Origin: Geopsychrobacteraceae bacterium
GTDB lineage: Bacteria > Desulfobacterota > Desulfuromonadia > Desulfuromonadales > Geopsychrobacteraceae
Length of the DNA: 64,000 nucleotides
NCBI GenBank assembly: GCA_963676795.2
Contig: CAXXTB010000002.1
Coordinates: 1,792,001 to 1,856,000 of the forward strand
Direction: 5' to 3'
Shown: positions 51,136 through 60,826 of the stretch, one piece after another
How the letters are laid out: each line of letters opens with the position of its first letter
Position numbering within the stretch: position 1 is the first letter of the stretch
Program-made: the position numbers and the translations under genes
Notes under the pieces: generated by a model
Told to the model about the DNA's origin: nothing
The model's input: only the letters and a program-made list of their open reading frames with translations
Databases searched by the model: none

Positions 51136-52878
51136 ATGGCAGAAGAACGCACCATTTCCTTTTCAGATCTCGAACTTGATCCTAAAATCCTTAAAGTTGT
51201 CAACGAGATCGGTTATGAAACACCGACCCCAATCCAGCAGCAGAGCATTCCACCTCTGCTGGCGGGTTGCGACCTGCTCGGCCAGGCGCAGACCGGTACA
51301 GGAAAGACTGCGGCGTTCTCACTGCCTCTGCTCAGCCGCATCTCGATCCGCAACGAACATCCCCAGCTGTTAATCCTGACCCCGACCCGCGAGCTGGCCC
51401 TACAGGTCGCCGAGGCAATCCAGACCTACAGCCGCCATCTCAAAGGCTGCCACGTCCTGCCGATCTACGGCGGCCAGAACATGGGACAACAGTTGCGTCA
51501 GCTCAAACGCGGCGTCCAGGTCGTCGTCGGCACCCCCGGACGGATCAAGGATCACCTCCAGCGTGGCACCCTGCGCCTCGACCGGATTCGCGCCGTCGTC
51601 ATCGACGAAGCTGATGAAATGCTCAAGATGGGCTTCATCGACGACGTTGAAGAGATACTGCAGAGCGCACCAGAGGATCGCCAGACCGCCCTCTTTTCAG
51701 CTACCATGCCGAAAGAGATCCTGAGCGTCGCCCACAAGCACCTCAAGAACCCGGTCGACATCCGCATCAAGAGCAAAACTTCGACGGTCGAGAAAATCAC
51801 CCAGCGTTTCTGGCAGGTCAAGGGGCTTCACAAACTCGACGCCCTGACCCGTATCCTTGAAGCCGAAGAAATCGATGCCATGATCATCTTCGTCCGCACC
51901 AAGGTCGCCACCGTTGAACTCTCGGAAAAGCTCGAAGCCCGTGGTTTCTCCAGTGCTCCGTTGAACGGCGACATGACCCAGATGCTCAGGGAAAAAACCA
52001 TCGAGCGACTCAAGGACGGCTCCCTCGATATCGTCGTCGCCACCGACGTTGTGGCCCGCGGCCTCGATGTGCCGCGTATCAGCCATGTTGTTAACTATGA
52101 TATTCCACACGATATCGAATCCTACATCCATCGTATCGGCCGGACCGGCCGGGCCGGTCGTGAAGGAAAAGCGATTCTCTTCGTCGCGCCACGCGAAAAA
52201 CGGATGCTCAGCGCTATCGAACGGGCCACCAAACAACCGATCAAGGCGATGGCCCTGCCCAGCCGTAACGATATCACCAGCCGCCGGATCAACCAGTTCA
52301 AGGAACAGGTCTCAGAAATCCTGGAATCTCAGGAACTTGAATTCTTCGAAGAACTGGTCGACGACCTGCAGAGCAGCTTCGATATCGGCCATAGAAAAAT
52401 TGCTGCAGCCCTGACCTACCTGCTCCAGAAGGAACGTCCGCTGCAACTGGATGAGTCTTTTGCAGAGGAAGAGATTGTCGAAGAAAAGCCGGAACGCAGA
52501 AGACCATCAGCTCCGCGCAGCACCAGCGGACTGGTCTCCTACCGGGTTGAAGTCGGTCGTGTCCACGGGGTCAATCCGGGCAATCTGGTCGGCGCCCTGA
52601 GTAATGAAGGGAAGATCGATGCCCGCAGTATCGGCCGGATCAATATCTTTGACAACTTTACCCTGATCGATCTCCCTGAGGGAATCACTCCTGACCAGCT
52701 GCACAAGATGCGCAAGATTACTGTCTGCGACGAACAGCTGCAGATCAGCGTCGACAGCGGCGCTCCGGAACGGGACGGCAAGAAAAAACCTTTTGCCAAG
52801 AAAAAGTTCGACGGCGACAGAGGCCCCAGAAGCAAAAAGCCCTTTGCACCGAAACAGCGCAAAGGGCCAAAAAAGTAA
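51136..52878 (+). CDS. deaD: DEAD-box RNA helicase
   Basis: AQTGTGKT, PTRELA, DEAD, SAT, HRIGRTGR, DbpA-type RNA-binding domain. Confidence 0.92.
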   Translation: MAEERTISFSDLELDPKILKVVNEIGYETPTPIQQQSIPPLLAGCDLLGQAQTGTGKTAAFSLPLLSRISIRNEHPQLLILTPTRELALQVAEAIQTYSRHLKGCHVLPIYGGQNMGQQLRQLKRGVQVVVGTPGRIKDHLQRGTLRLDRIRAVVIDEADEMLKMGFIDDVEEILQSAPEDRQTALFSATMPKEILSVAHKHLKNPVDIRIKSKTSTVEKITQRFWQVKGLHKLDALTRILEAEEIDAMIIFVRTKVATVELSEKLEARGFSSAPLNGDMTQMLREKTIERLKDGSLDIVVATDVVARGLDVPRISHVVNYDIPHDIESYIHRIGRTGRAGREGKAILFVAPREKRMLSAIERATKQPIKAMALPSRNDITSRRINQFKEQVSEILESQELEFFEELVDDLQSSFDIGHRKIAAALTYLLQKERPLQLDESFAEEEIVEEKPERRRPSAPRSTSGLVSYRVEVGRVHGVNPGNLVGALSNEGKIDARSIGRINIFDNFTLIDLPEGITPDQLHKMRKITVCDEQLQISVDSGAPERDGKKKPFAKKKFDGDRGPRSKKPFAPKQRKGPKK

Positions 52879-52893
52879 CACGCAAGAAAGATA

Positions 52894-54012
52894 TCAGCGC
52901 GGGCAGTCGTAACCACCAACGAGACCGTTCTTGGTGAGGACGATCTGCCACAGCTGGTTGATTCTGGAGCGGAAAGACCCGGCACAGGAGAGCAGATAGA
53001 AGTCCCACATGCGGCGGAAACGTTCATTATATGCCCCGCTCAGCTGTGGCCAGGCAGCGGTGAAGTTTTCATACCAGGCCATCAGGGTCCGATCGTAATC
53101 GGGCCCGAAGTTGTGCCAGTCCTCCATGACAAACAGACCTTCATAGGCATCACAGATCTGACTGGTTGACGGCAGCATGCCGTTGCGGAAGATATATTTG
53201 TCAATCCATGGATCGGTCTTGGTCGTCGGGCGATTGCCGCCGATGGTGTGGAGCAGGAAAATCCCCTCGTCATCCAGCAGTTCAGCCACTTTACTGAAAT
53301 AGGTCTGATAATTTTTGTAACCGACGTGCTCGAACATGCCGATCGACACGATACGGTCGAACTTTCCGTCCAGGGTCCGGTAATCCTGGACACGGATATC
53401 GACCGGCAGACCGGCGCAGTTTTCCTTAGCCAGCTTCGCCTGCTCGGTCGAGATGGTCACACCGACAACCTCAACACCATAGCGTTCAGCCATAAACCTG
53501 GCTGTTCCGCCCCAGCCACAACCGATATCGAGAACTTTCTGCCCTTTCTCCAGTCTCAGCTTACGACAGGTCAGATCGAGCTTATGTTCCTGGGCTTCGT
53601 TGAGATTACCGGCATTCTTCCAGTAAGCACAGCTGTAGATCATCCGCTCGTCAAGCATCAGACGATAGAGGTCGTTACCGGCATTGTAGTGCTGCTCTCC
53701 AACCTGATATGCGCGCTTTATCGACTGACGATTCATCAGCTTGGCTTTAAGCGCTGCGATAACCAAAACTACGGTTTTGAAATTTTCGTCCAGTTTGGAA
53801 CGCAACAGGCGATCGATCAACTGATCCAGCGCTTCGCAGTCCCACCAGCCGTCCATATAGGCTTCGCCAAAGCCGAGCGATCCCTGAGCCATAACCCGCT
53901 TATACAGCTCGTTGTTTTTAACCTGAATATCCCAGGGACGACTGCCGCCAATGAGGACATCCGCCGATTCAAGCATCGTTTCAATCTGTTTTTTAAATTC
54001 ATTTGCTGACAT
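52894..54012 (-). CDS. cfa: Cyclopropane fatty acyl phospholipid synthase
   Basis: GEAYMDGWW, HYNAGNDLY, YSCAYW, LDIGCGWG. Confidence 0.95.
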   Translation of the reverse strand: MSANEFKKQIETMLESADVLIGGSRPWDIQVKNNELYKRVMAQGSLGFGEAYMDGWWDCEALDQLIDRLLRSKLDENFKTVVLVIAALKAKLMNRQSIKRAYQVGEQHYNAGNDLYRLMLDERMIYSCAYWKNAGNLNEAQEHKLDLTCRKLRLEKGQKVLDIGCGWGGTARFMAERYGVEVVGVTISTEQAKLAKENCAGLPVDIRVQDYRTLDGKFDRIVSIGMFEHVGYKNYQTYFSKVAELLDDEGIFLLHTIGGNRPTTKTDPWIDKYIFRNGMLPSTSQICDAYEGLFVMEDWHNFGPDYDRTLMAWYENFTAAWPQLSGAYNERFRRMWDFYLLSCAGSFRSRINQLWQIVLTKNGLVGGYDCPR

Positions 54013-54193
54013 ACTGCCTCCCGACCAAGATGCAACCAGGCCCGAGATAGATAAGTACAGACCTGGGAACAGCGACCTGAAATAACAAAATTAACCAATA
54101 AAAAACATGTCTCTCACAAAAGATCCGTACAGAGGGTTACGACAAAAAATACTGGCTGTCAAGTCTCTATGAGTAAAAACGCAACCCAGTTAC

Positions 54194-55258
54194 TCATTGT
54201 GGAACAAATGAGACTGACGCATCGATTTTCCCGATCGTTGCCGTCAACAACCTGATGGCATTTTCCAGATCGGCAAGATCCAGGGTCTCGACCGGCGTAT
54301 GCATGTAGCGCAGCGGAATCGTCACCAGACCGGTCGCAATCCCTCCGCGTGACAGTTGCATCACGTTGGCATCGTTACCGGCGGCCCTGGGCAGACCGAC
54401 CAGCTGGACCGGAATATTCTCCTCCCTGGCGGTGTCAAGCAGCAGCTTGAACAGGACAGGGTTGACATTGGCACCGCGTGGCAGAACCGGCCCTTTGCCA
54501 ATGGTAACCCGGCCGATCGAAGTCGCTTCGACGTCGGGATAATCGGTTGCGTGGGTGACTTCAATAACGATACCGACATCCGGATTGACTCCATAACTGC
54601 TGGTGGTGCTACCACGCAGTCCGATCTCTTCCTGAACGGTCGAGACCGCATAAAGATCAGCGGCAACGGGACCGAGAGATTTGACTCGCCTGAGAGTTTC
54701 GGCGACGATGAAAGCCCCGACCTTGTCATCGAAAGCACGCGACGTGACCCGCTCCCCTTGCAGACGCTGCACACCGACAGAGAAGGTCACCGGATCGCCG
54801 ATCCGGATCAGTGCCTCGACCTCTTCACGGCTACTGCAGCCGATGTCGATAAACTGCTTCTGCAGCTTGATGACATTGTTGCGGTCCTGTGGCTCGATCA
54901 GGTGAATCGCCTTCTTGCCGATCACGCCACCAACCGGGCCGTTCTCCGTGTGGATAGAGACGCGCTGCCCCGGCGACAGGTGAGGATCAACACCGCCGAT
55001 CGCGGCAAAATAGATAAAACCGTTATCGTCGACATACTGAACCATGAAACCGATTTCGTCACAGTGCCCGGCCAGCATGACCTTAGGGCCACCGCTACCG
55101 CGCAACAGGGCGATCTGATTACCCATGACATCGGTACTGATCTCATCGGCATCGTGCCGCAGATGTTCCCGGATCAGACGCTGGGCGGGCTGCTCATAAC
55201 CTGACGGGCTGGCGGTTTCAACCAGGCGCTGAAGAAAATCGAATTCCTGCTTATCCAT
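54194..55258 (-). CDS. M42 family aminopeptidase
   Basis: SPSGYE, GHCDEIG, AFDDK, QEEIGLRG, RYMHTP. Confidence 0.92.
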   Translation of the reverse strand: MDKQEFDFLQRLVETASPSGYEQPAQRLIREHLRHDADEISTDVMGNQIALLRGSGGPKVMLAGHCDEIGFMVQYVDDNGFIYFAAIGGVDPHLSPGQRVSIHTENGPVGGVIGKKAIHLIEPQDRNNVIKLQKQFIDIGCSSREEVEALIRIGDPVTFSVGVQRLQGERVTSRAFDDKVGAFIVAETLRRVKSLGPVAADLYAVSTVQEEIGLRGSTTSSYGVNPDVGIVIEVTHATDYPDVEATSIGRVTIGKGPVLPRGANVNPVLFKLLLDTAREENIPVQLVGLPRAAGNDANVMQLSRGGIATGLVTIPLRYMHTPVETLDLADLENAIRLLTATIGKIDASVSFVPQ

Positions 55259-55262
55259 CACT

Positions 55263-55913
55263 CTACCCCTTAGCCCTGGCGACCAGTTGGCGTGAATTTT
55301 CCAGTGTCGCCAGGTACTGTTCTTCACTCAAGCCGGCACCATAAGCGATCTTGCGGGCCATCTCCGCAGAGACCAGATCCCCCGGCGCGTGGGCATCATT
55401 GTTGATGACCAGTTTCGCACCGTACTGCAGAGCGAGGCGGGCAACGTGGCCATTGGTCAGCGAATGACCTTTTCGCGTCGTCAGTTCGAGACAGACCCCT
55501 TTCTCGGCCGCAAGACGCACCTCCTCCTCAGTGATCAGCCCCGGGTGAGCGAGCACATCGACACCGGCCTGAATGGCCGCCAGATTGGTCCCGGGGATAA
55601 CCGGCTCGACAATCGTCTCACCATGCACGACGACAATCTCGGCACCATGATCACGGGCCATACCGGCCACGGCGGCAATCGCTGCTGGCGGAACGTGGGT
55701 CAGTTCGACCCCGGCCAGAACCTGCATATTGTTGGCGGCCCCGAGCTCATCGACGACATCAACGATCTGACTAAGTAACCACCTGGTGTTACTGCTGTCG
55801 GCATGGTCGGTTATCGCCATGGCTGAATAACCGGCAACCGAGGCGCGCCGGATCAGTTCCGCCGGAACAAGCTCACCGTCGCTGAAAAAAGTATGGGTAT
55901 GCAGGTCTATCAT
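55263..55913 (-). CDS. PHP-domain phosphatase-like protein
   Basis: DLHTHT..SDG, ITDH, VHGET, AHPG, DAH. Confidence 0.9.
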   Translation of the reverse strand: MIDLHTHTFFSDGELVPAELIRRASVAGYSAMAITDHADSSNTRWLLSQIVDVVDELGAANNMQVLAGVELTHVPPAAIAAVAGMARDHGAEIVVVHGETIVEPVIPGTNLAAIQAGVDVLAHPGLITEEEVRLAAEKGVCLELTTRKGHSLTNGHVARLALQYGAKLVINNDAHAPGDLVSAEMARKIAYGAGLSEEQYLATLENSRQLVARAKG

Positions 55914-55931
55914 TTTTGGTGCACCTCCAAA

Positions 55932-57260
55932 TCAGTCGCGAGGAATAAGCTCGCCCAGATGAGAATTACGGAAGACATCGACAATCTTGACCCTCTGGGT
56001 CGTCCCGATCAGATTTTCAGCACCGCTGAAATTGACGATCCGGTTCCAGGTGGTCCGGCCGAACAACTGGCCAGCCCCCTGCTTGCTGACGCCTTCGACC
56101 AGAACCTCCTGAACCTGGCCGGCATCACTGCGCCAGATCCTGTCGCTGTGGCTCTGCTGCAGTTCGAGCAGACGGTCAAAACGCTCCTGCTTGCTCTGGG
56201 CCGACTCGGGATCGGCCATCTTCGCCGCGGCGGTTTCAACGCGCGGCGAATAGAGGAAGGTATAGGCATCACAGTAACCGACATGATCGACCAATTGCAG
56301 AGTTTCGAGGAAGTCCTCTTCGTTCTCACCAGGAAAGCCGACGATAATATCGGTGGTCAGGCGGATCTCCGGACAGACCGCTTTGAGCTTTTCGACCTTG
56401 TGCAGGTAATCCGCCGCACTGTAACCGCGGTTCATCAGCTTGAGAATCCGATCGGAGCCGCTTTGAAACGGCAGATGGACGTGTTTGCACAGCTTGTCCA
56501 GGGTCCCGAAGCTCCCTATCAGCTCATCGGTCAGATCCTTGGGGTGCGACGTGGCGAAGCGGATCCGCTCCAGCCCTGCAACCTGATTGACCCTGTGCAG
56601 CAGCTCGGCAAAAGAGATCTCATCCTGTTCTTTAAGGCCGTAGGAATTAACGTTCTGCCCCAGCAGGGTAATTTCCCGTATTCCCTGTTCGACCAGCCTC
56701 TCAATCTCGGTAAGGATCTCGCCGCTGGGGCGGCTGATTTCACGACCACGGACATGCGGAACAATACAGTAGGAACAGAAGTTGTCGCAGCCCTGCATGA
56801 CTGTCACGAAGCGGGTTACGCCACTGCGCAGAGAACGCTCCGGGAACAGCTGCAGGCGGGTCTCCCGATCGAGAAACTCGGTCTCGCTGCCACGCTTGCG
56901 GCGCTGTTCAACCTGGGCCACCAGCTCGGGCAGCTTATGAATATTGTGGGTACCGAAGACCAGGTCCAGATAGGGAACCTTGTCGAGCATACGCTCCCCT
57001 TCCTGCTGGGCGACACAGCCGCCAACCCCGATAATCAGATCGGGGCGCTGGTCCTTGATCGGCTTGAAACGGCCGAGATGACCGTAGACCCGGCGCTCCG
57101 CCTTATCACGGACCGAGCAGGTATTGAGCAGAACCAGGTCCGCCTGCTCGGCACTGCCAACCTGCTGATAGCCGATCCCCTGGAGCAGATCCGCGATCTG
57201 TTCGGAATCGACGACATTCATTTGACAACCAAAAGTTTCAAGAAAAAACGCTTTACTCAT
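55932..57260 (-). CDS. miaB: tRNA ms2i6A methylthiotransferase
   Basis: TFGCQMN, NTCSVR, CDNFCSYC, LLGQNVNSY, TRAM domain. Confidence 0.96.
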   Translation of the reverse strand: MSKAFFLETFGCQMNVVDSEQIADLLQGIGYQQVGSAEQADLVLLNTCSVRDKAERRVYGHLGRFKPIKDQRPDLIIGVGGCVAQQEGERMLDKVPYLDLVFGTHNIHKLPELVAQVEQRRKRGSETEFLDRETRLQLFPERSLRSGVTRFVTVMQGCDNFCSYCIVPHVRGREISRPSGEILTEIERLVEQGIREITLLGQNVNSYGLKEQDEISFAELLHRVNQVAGLERIRFATSHPKDLTDELIGSFGTLDKLCKHVHLPFQSGSDRILKLMNRGYSAADYLHKVEKLKAVCPEIRLTTDIIVGFPGENEEDFLETLQLVDHVGYCDAYTFLYSPRVETAAAKMADPESAQSKQERFDRLLELQQSHSDRIWRSDAGQVQEVLVEGVSKQGAGQLFGRTTWNRIVNFSGAENLIGTTQRVKIVDVFRNSHLGELIPRD

Positions 57261-57342
57261 TGACCACCATCACTGCTAAAAATTTTTTCGAAGCGCGCAT
57301 CTTAGCGGGTATGACTCATCAAAGTCAAAACTTCTCCGCAAT

Positions 57343-57837
57343 TCAGAGTCTTTTACTCGGCAATGTCTCGACCAACAGTTCGGGATGCTCGAGACATTCA
57401 AGAATAACCGATCGGTCCTGAGAAAAACAGAGCTTCAGACTGGCGAGATGTTCACCGTACGTCTTCTTCTGCACTCCCTCGTACTGTTCCAGATCAAAAG
57501 TCAGGAGCCTGCTCCGACCGGATCTGATCAGCAACCGGCGAGTGGTCAGAAGATAGAATATCCCTTCCCAACGCCAGCGCCTGTATATGAGGGCACATGG
57601 ACCGACAAGAAAAGCGCCCAAGGTAATGACGCAGGGCAGCAAAACCACCCAGAACGGCAGTTCACCCGCCTGCAATAGTTGCCAGCCAAGGATCGTCCAG
57701 AAAGACGCAGCCAGAAAAAGCAGGCAACCGAGCAGCGATCGGAACCAGTGGCTAAATACATAGCAGCGCGGAGCCGGGCGTCCCTGCCAGAGCAGGACCT
57801 CGCCGGTGTCCAGCGACCATTCTGGCGTCTGCTTCAT
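57343..57837 (-). CDS. Membrane protein with bacterial PH-like domain
   Basis: GEVLLWQGRP, two TM helices, YLLTTRRLLI. Confidence 0.7.
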   Translation of the reverse strand: MKQTPEWSLDTGEVLLWQGRPAPRCYVFSHWFRSLLGCLLFLAASFWTILGWQLLQAGELPFWVVLLPCVITLGAFLVGPCALIYRRWRWEGIFYLLTTRRLLIRSGRSRLLTFDLEQYEGVQKKTYGEHLASLKLCFSQDRSVILECLEHPELLVETLPSKRL

Positions 57838-59102
57838 CGGCCAAGAACCTTGAGCCGTTCAGCCGCGCTGTGGCCAAGTCGGGACGATGGGGCAAAACGG
57901 GTTACCAGGCCGTAGAGCTCAATGGCCCGCTCAGTATGTTCGAGCGATTCTTCGGCCTGCCCGAGCAGAAACAATCCCTCCGGCGTTACCCGCAGACTGA
58001 TCGCCAGCTGCAGCTGCTCGGAGGCCTCCTGATATTCCCCGGAGTTCAGATAAAGGTATCCCAAGCCGGACCGGGACCGATAGAATTGTGGATCGGCGGC
58101 GACTGCCTTGAGCAGGTAACGTTTCGCCGGTACGACATCATCGATACGCAGATAAGCCATTCCCAGAGCGCAGTGCAGCAACCCCTGCGCCGGAGCCTGC
58201 TGCATCGCCCTGTGATAGATCTCAATCGCCTCTGCATTGTGACCGGCAAACTCGACGGATCGGGCCTGGTCGTAAAGCGCATAAGCTGCTTCTGTCTCTT
58301 TCAACGCTGCAATCCGTTCAAGATAGTGCTGCGATTTCTGTCCCTGCGGATTGTTTTCCTCAGTGGAATCGCCAAGGGCCGCCGTTCGCTCCCGCAATGC
58401 AGCCAAAGCTCCAGGCGTCCTGGCGGCACACTCCGGTTTCTCAATATCTTGCCGCAGCAGATCATGGCTGAGCTTCAGCAGCTCAATGACTCCGTCCTCT
58501 GGGTACCCGGCGCGGGTCAACATAGCAACTGCCGCATGATCTGCGGCCATTTGCTGCCCTTGCGTATATTCATGCTGCTGCAACTGATCTGCCAGCTCCT
58601 CCAGCTGCAGGCGGGCAAGGGTCTGCAGATAAAATTCGGACCGCGCAGCTGGACCGTCGCTGACAAATGGGCCTTTTTCCAGCGGGGCAAACAGATCGAT
58701 AGCATGGCGTTCCGCCAGATGGCTGATCGCATGCGCCAGAACCGCGGCCAGCTGAGCCTCATCGTCAAGGACTGACAACAGGCCGCGCGATACAATGACA
58801 TAACCACCGGGCAAAGCCTGAACAGTGGGAGCAGAATCATTGACAACGGCGAAGACCATACTTTCGACACGAGCACTATCTGCCAGACTGCTGCCGACCT
58901 GACCGACGTAGCTCTGCAACTGGGCATCGGAATAGAGTCCACCCCTTTTCTGCACAACGAGATCAAACAGTTCGCCGCCCAGAAGACGGTCCTGCCCATG
59001 ATCAGGCGAGTCCATAACACGGGGCGGCGAAACAGGTGCGGGCTTCGGGCTGCAACTGGCCAGCAGAAGGATCAGAACAATCAGCAACAGACGCAATTTC
59101 AT
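57834..59102 (-). CDS. M48/BepA-like lipoprotein with TPRs, degenerate active site
   Basis: Lipobox LASC; ALPGG, EAQLAAVLAHAISH; C-terminal TPRs. Confidence 0.8.
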   Translation of the reverse strand: MKLRLLLIVLILLLASCSPKPAPVSPPRVMDSPDHGQDRLLGGELFDLVVQKRGGLYSDAQLQSYVGQVGSSLADSARVESMVFAVVNDSAPTVQALPGGYVIVSRGLLSVLDDEAQLAAVLAHAISHLAERHAIDLFAPLEKGPFVSDGPAARSEFYLQTLARLQLEELADQLQQHEYTQGQQMAADHAAVAMLTRAGYPEDGVIELLKLSHDLLRQDIEKPECAARTPGALAALRERTAALGDSTEENNPQGQKSQHYLERIAALKETEAAYALYDQARSVEFAGHNAEAIEIYHRAMQQAPAQGLLHCALGMAYLRIDDVVPAKRYLLKAVAADPQFYRSRSGLGYLYLNSGEYQEASEQLQLAISLRVTPEGLFLLGQAEESLEHTERAIELYGLVTRFAPSSRLGHSAAERLKVLGR

Positions 59103-59246
59103 TTATGGTTTCCTCTCTCCAGGTGATGAGAAAGAGCAACCATAACACATTTTTTTCTTAAAACGGTTGCGCAAGAAAATATCAGCTACTATAAGAAAGA
59201 CAAGATCAGCCAGGCAGCCTTTACTTACCATGATTCCGGAGCCAAC

Positions 59247-59798
59247 ATGCTCAACGACGAAGATGCAAAAATCCTCTTCAGGATAGCCCGCGAAGCCATC
59301 AGAAGCGCCTGCAGACATCAGGAGTACCTCCCGCCTGCGCAGGAGGGGAAAGCCCTCAATAGACGCGCGGGCTGTTTCGTCACCATCAAGAAGCATGGCC
59401 AGTTGCGCGGCTGCATCGGCAATTTCCAATCGAGCATTCCGCTCTACCGCGAAGTCGCCCAGATGGCCGCAGCTGCAGCGACCGGCGATCCGCGCTTCAA
59501 CCCGATGAGCATAGAAGAGCTGGACGCAGCTGAACTTGAGATCACCGTCCTGACCGCGCTGAAAAAGATCGAGGACATCAAGCAGATTGAAATCGGCCGT
59601 CATGGCCTTTATATTGAAAAGAGCTTTCATCGTGGCGTCCTGCTTCCCCAGGTTGCCAGCGAATACGGCTGGGATCGTGAGACATTTCTCGCCCAGACCT
59701 GTATCAAGGCCGGGCTGAAGATGGATGCCTGGCGGGACCAGGAGGCTGATATCTATATTTTCAGCGGCCAGATCCTCAACGAAGGTCAATTCAACTAA
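59247..59798 (+). CDS. AMMECR1-domain protein (AmmeMemoRadiSam protein A)
   Basis: FVTI, LRGCIG, DPRF, GRHGL, LLPQV. Confidence 0.92.
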   Translation: MLNDEDAKILFRIAREAIRSACRHQEYLPPAQEGKALNRRAGCFVTIKKHGQLRGCIGNFQSSIPLYREVAQMAAAAATGDPRFNPMSIEELDAAELEITVLTALKKIEDIKQIEIGRHGLYIEKSFHRGVLLPQVASEYGWDRETFLAQTCIKAGLKMDAWRDQEADIYIFSGQILNEGQFN

Positions 59799-59820
59799 TT
59801 TATCAACAAAGGCAGTACAA

Positions 59821-60561
59821 ATGACTGAAGTTTCAATAGAACTTGTCCCAAGAACAGAGAAGGCTCTGCGCGAGGAACTGCAGCTTGTCAAGGATCAGTT
59901 TCCCGCCATTGAACGGATCAACATCCCGGACATCCTGCGCTTCGACATGCGCAGCTGGACCGGCTGCGAGATTGCCAGCGAGTTTTTCAGCAAAACGATC
60001 CCCCACCTGCGGGCCATCGATTTCGACCCCGACGCGCCGCTGAAGATCATCGACAAGCTCACCTGCGAATCGGTCGAGGCGGTCCTGATCGTCAACGGCG
60101 ATCCACCCCAGGACATGAGCCACCGGGTCTACCGCACCAACTGCCTGGAGATGATCCGCCGTTTGAAAAGGGAGCTTCCGCAAATCAAGGTCTATGCCGG
60201 GCTCGACCAGTATCGCAGTGGCATCAAGGAAGAGATCGATTACGTCAGGGCCAAACACGATGCCGGAGCTGAAGCCTTCTTTACCCAGCCGTTTTTCGAC
60301 CTGCGCCTGATGGAAATCTACCAGGGACTGCTCAAGGGCTACAACGTCTACTGGGGGGTCTCGCCGGTTTTGACCCTGAACAGCCAGAGCTACTGGGAAA
60401 ACAGAAACAACGCCATATTTCCGCCGGACTTTGAGCCGACTATGGAATGGAACCGCGAATTCGCCAGAAAGACCATGGAGTTTGCCCGGGCGAACGGCGG
60501 CAACGTCTACTTCATGCCGATCCGCACCGACATCAAGGCCTATCTTGACGGCATCATCTGA
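59821..60561 (+). CDS. metF: Methylenetetrahydrofolate reductase (short form)
   Basis: SIELVPR, IPHLR, GDPP, AGA..F.TQPFFD. Confidence 0.8.
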   Translation: MTEVSIELVPRTEKALREELQLVKDQFPAIERINIPDILRFDMRSWTGCEIASEFFSKTIPHLRAIDFDPDAPLKIIDKLTCESVEAVLIVNGDPPQDMSHRVYRTNCLEMIRRLKRELPQIKVYAGLDQYRSGIKEEIDYVRAKHDAGAEAFFTQPFFDLRLMEIYQGLLKGYNVYWGVSPVLTLNSQSYWENRNNAIFPPDFEPTMEWNREFARKTMEFARANGGNVYFMPIRTDIKAYLDGII

Positions 60562-60604
60562 TGCCGTCAGATGATGCCGTTATTTGAAATTTCAGATCTA
60601 AAAC

Positions 60605-60647
60605 GACAAAAAGCCCCTCACGCATCAGGCGTGAGGGGCTTTTTGTC
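60605..60647. terminator. Bidirectional terminator
   Basis: GACAAAAAGCCCCTCACGC...GCGTGAGGGGCTTTTTGTC. Confidence 0.85.
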
Positions 60648-60804
60648 AGTCGAGCGGATCGAACTTGTCTGTTCCGGCGTAACAGAGCGGGCAGACCCAC
60701 TCTTCCGGCAGATCCTCAAAGGCCACTCCCGGAGCGACACCATTCATCTCGTCCCCCTTTTCAGGGTCATAGATATAACCGCAGCAGGTACAGATATAAC
60801 GCAT
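60646..60804 (-). CDS. Rubredoxin (52 aa)
   Basis: Manual translation [60 protein letters not shown]; below the ORF-track cutoff. Confidence 0.93.
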   Translation of the reverse strand: MRYICTCCGYIYDPEKGDEMNGVAPGVAFEDLPEEWVCPLCYAGTDKFDPLD

Positions 60805-60826
60805 GGTCTCTCCTTTTTTTCAGGCA

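Noticed and set aside
59103..59246. SAM riboswitch or SahR site upstream of ammA-metF
   Set aside because: No recognisable consensus; only a weak inverted repeat
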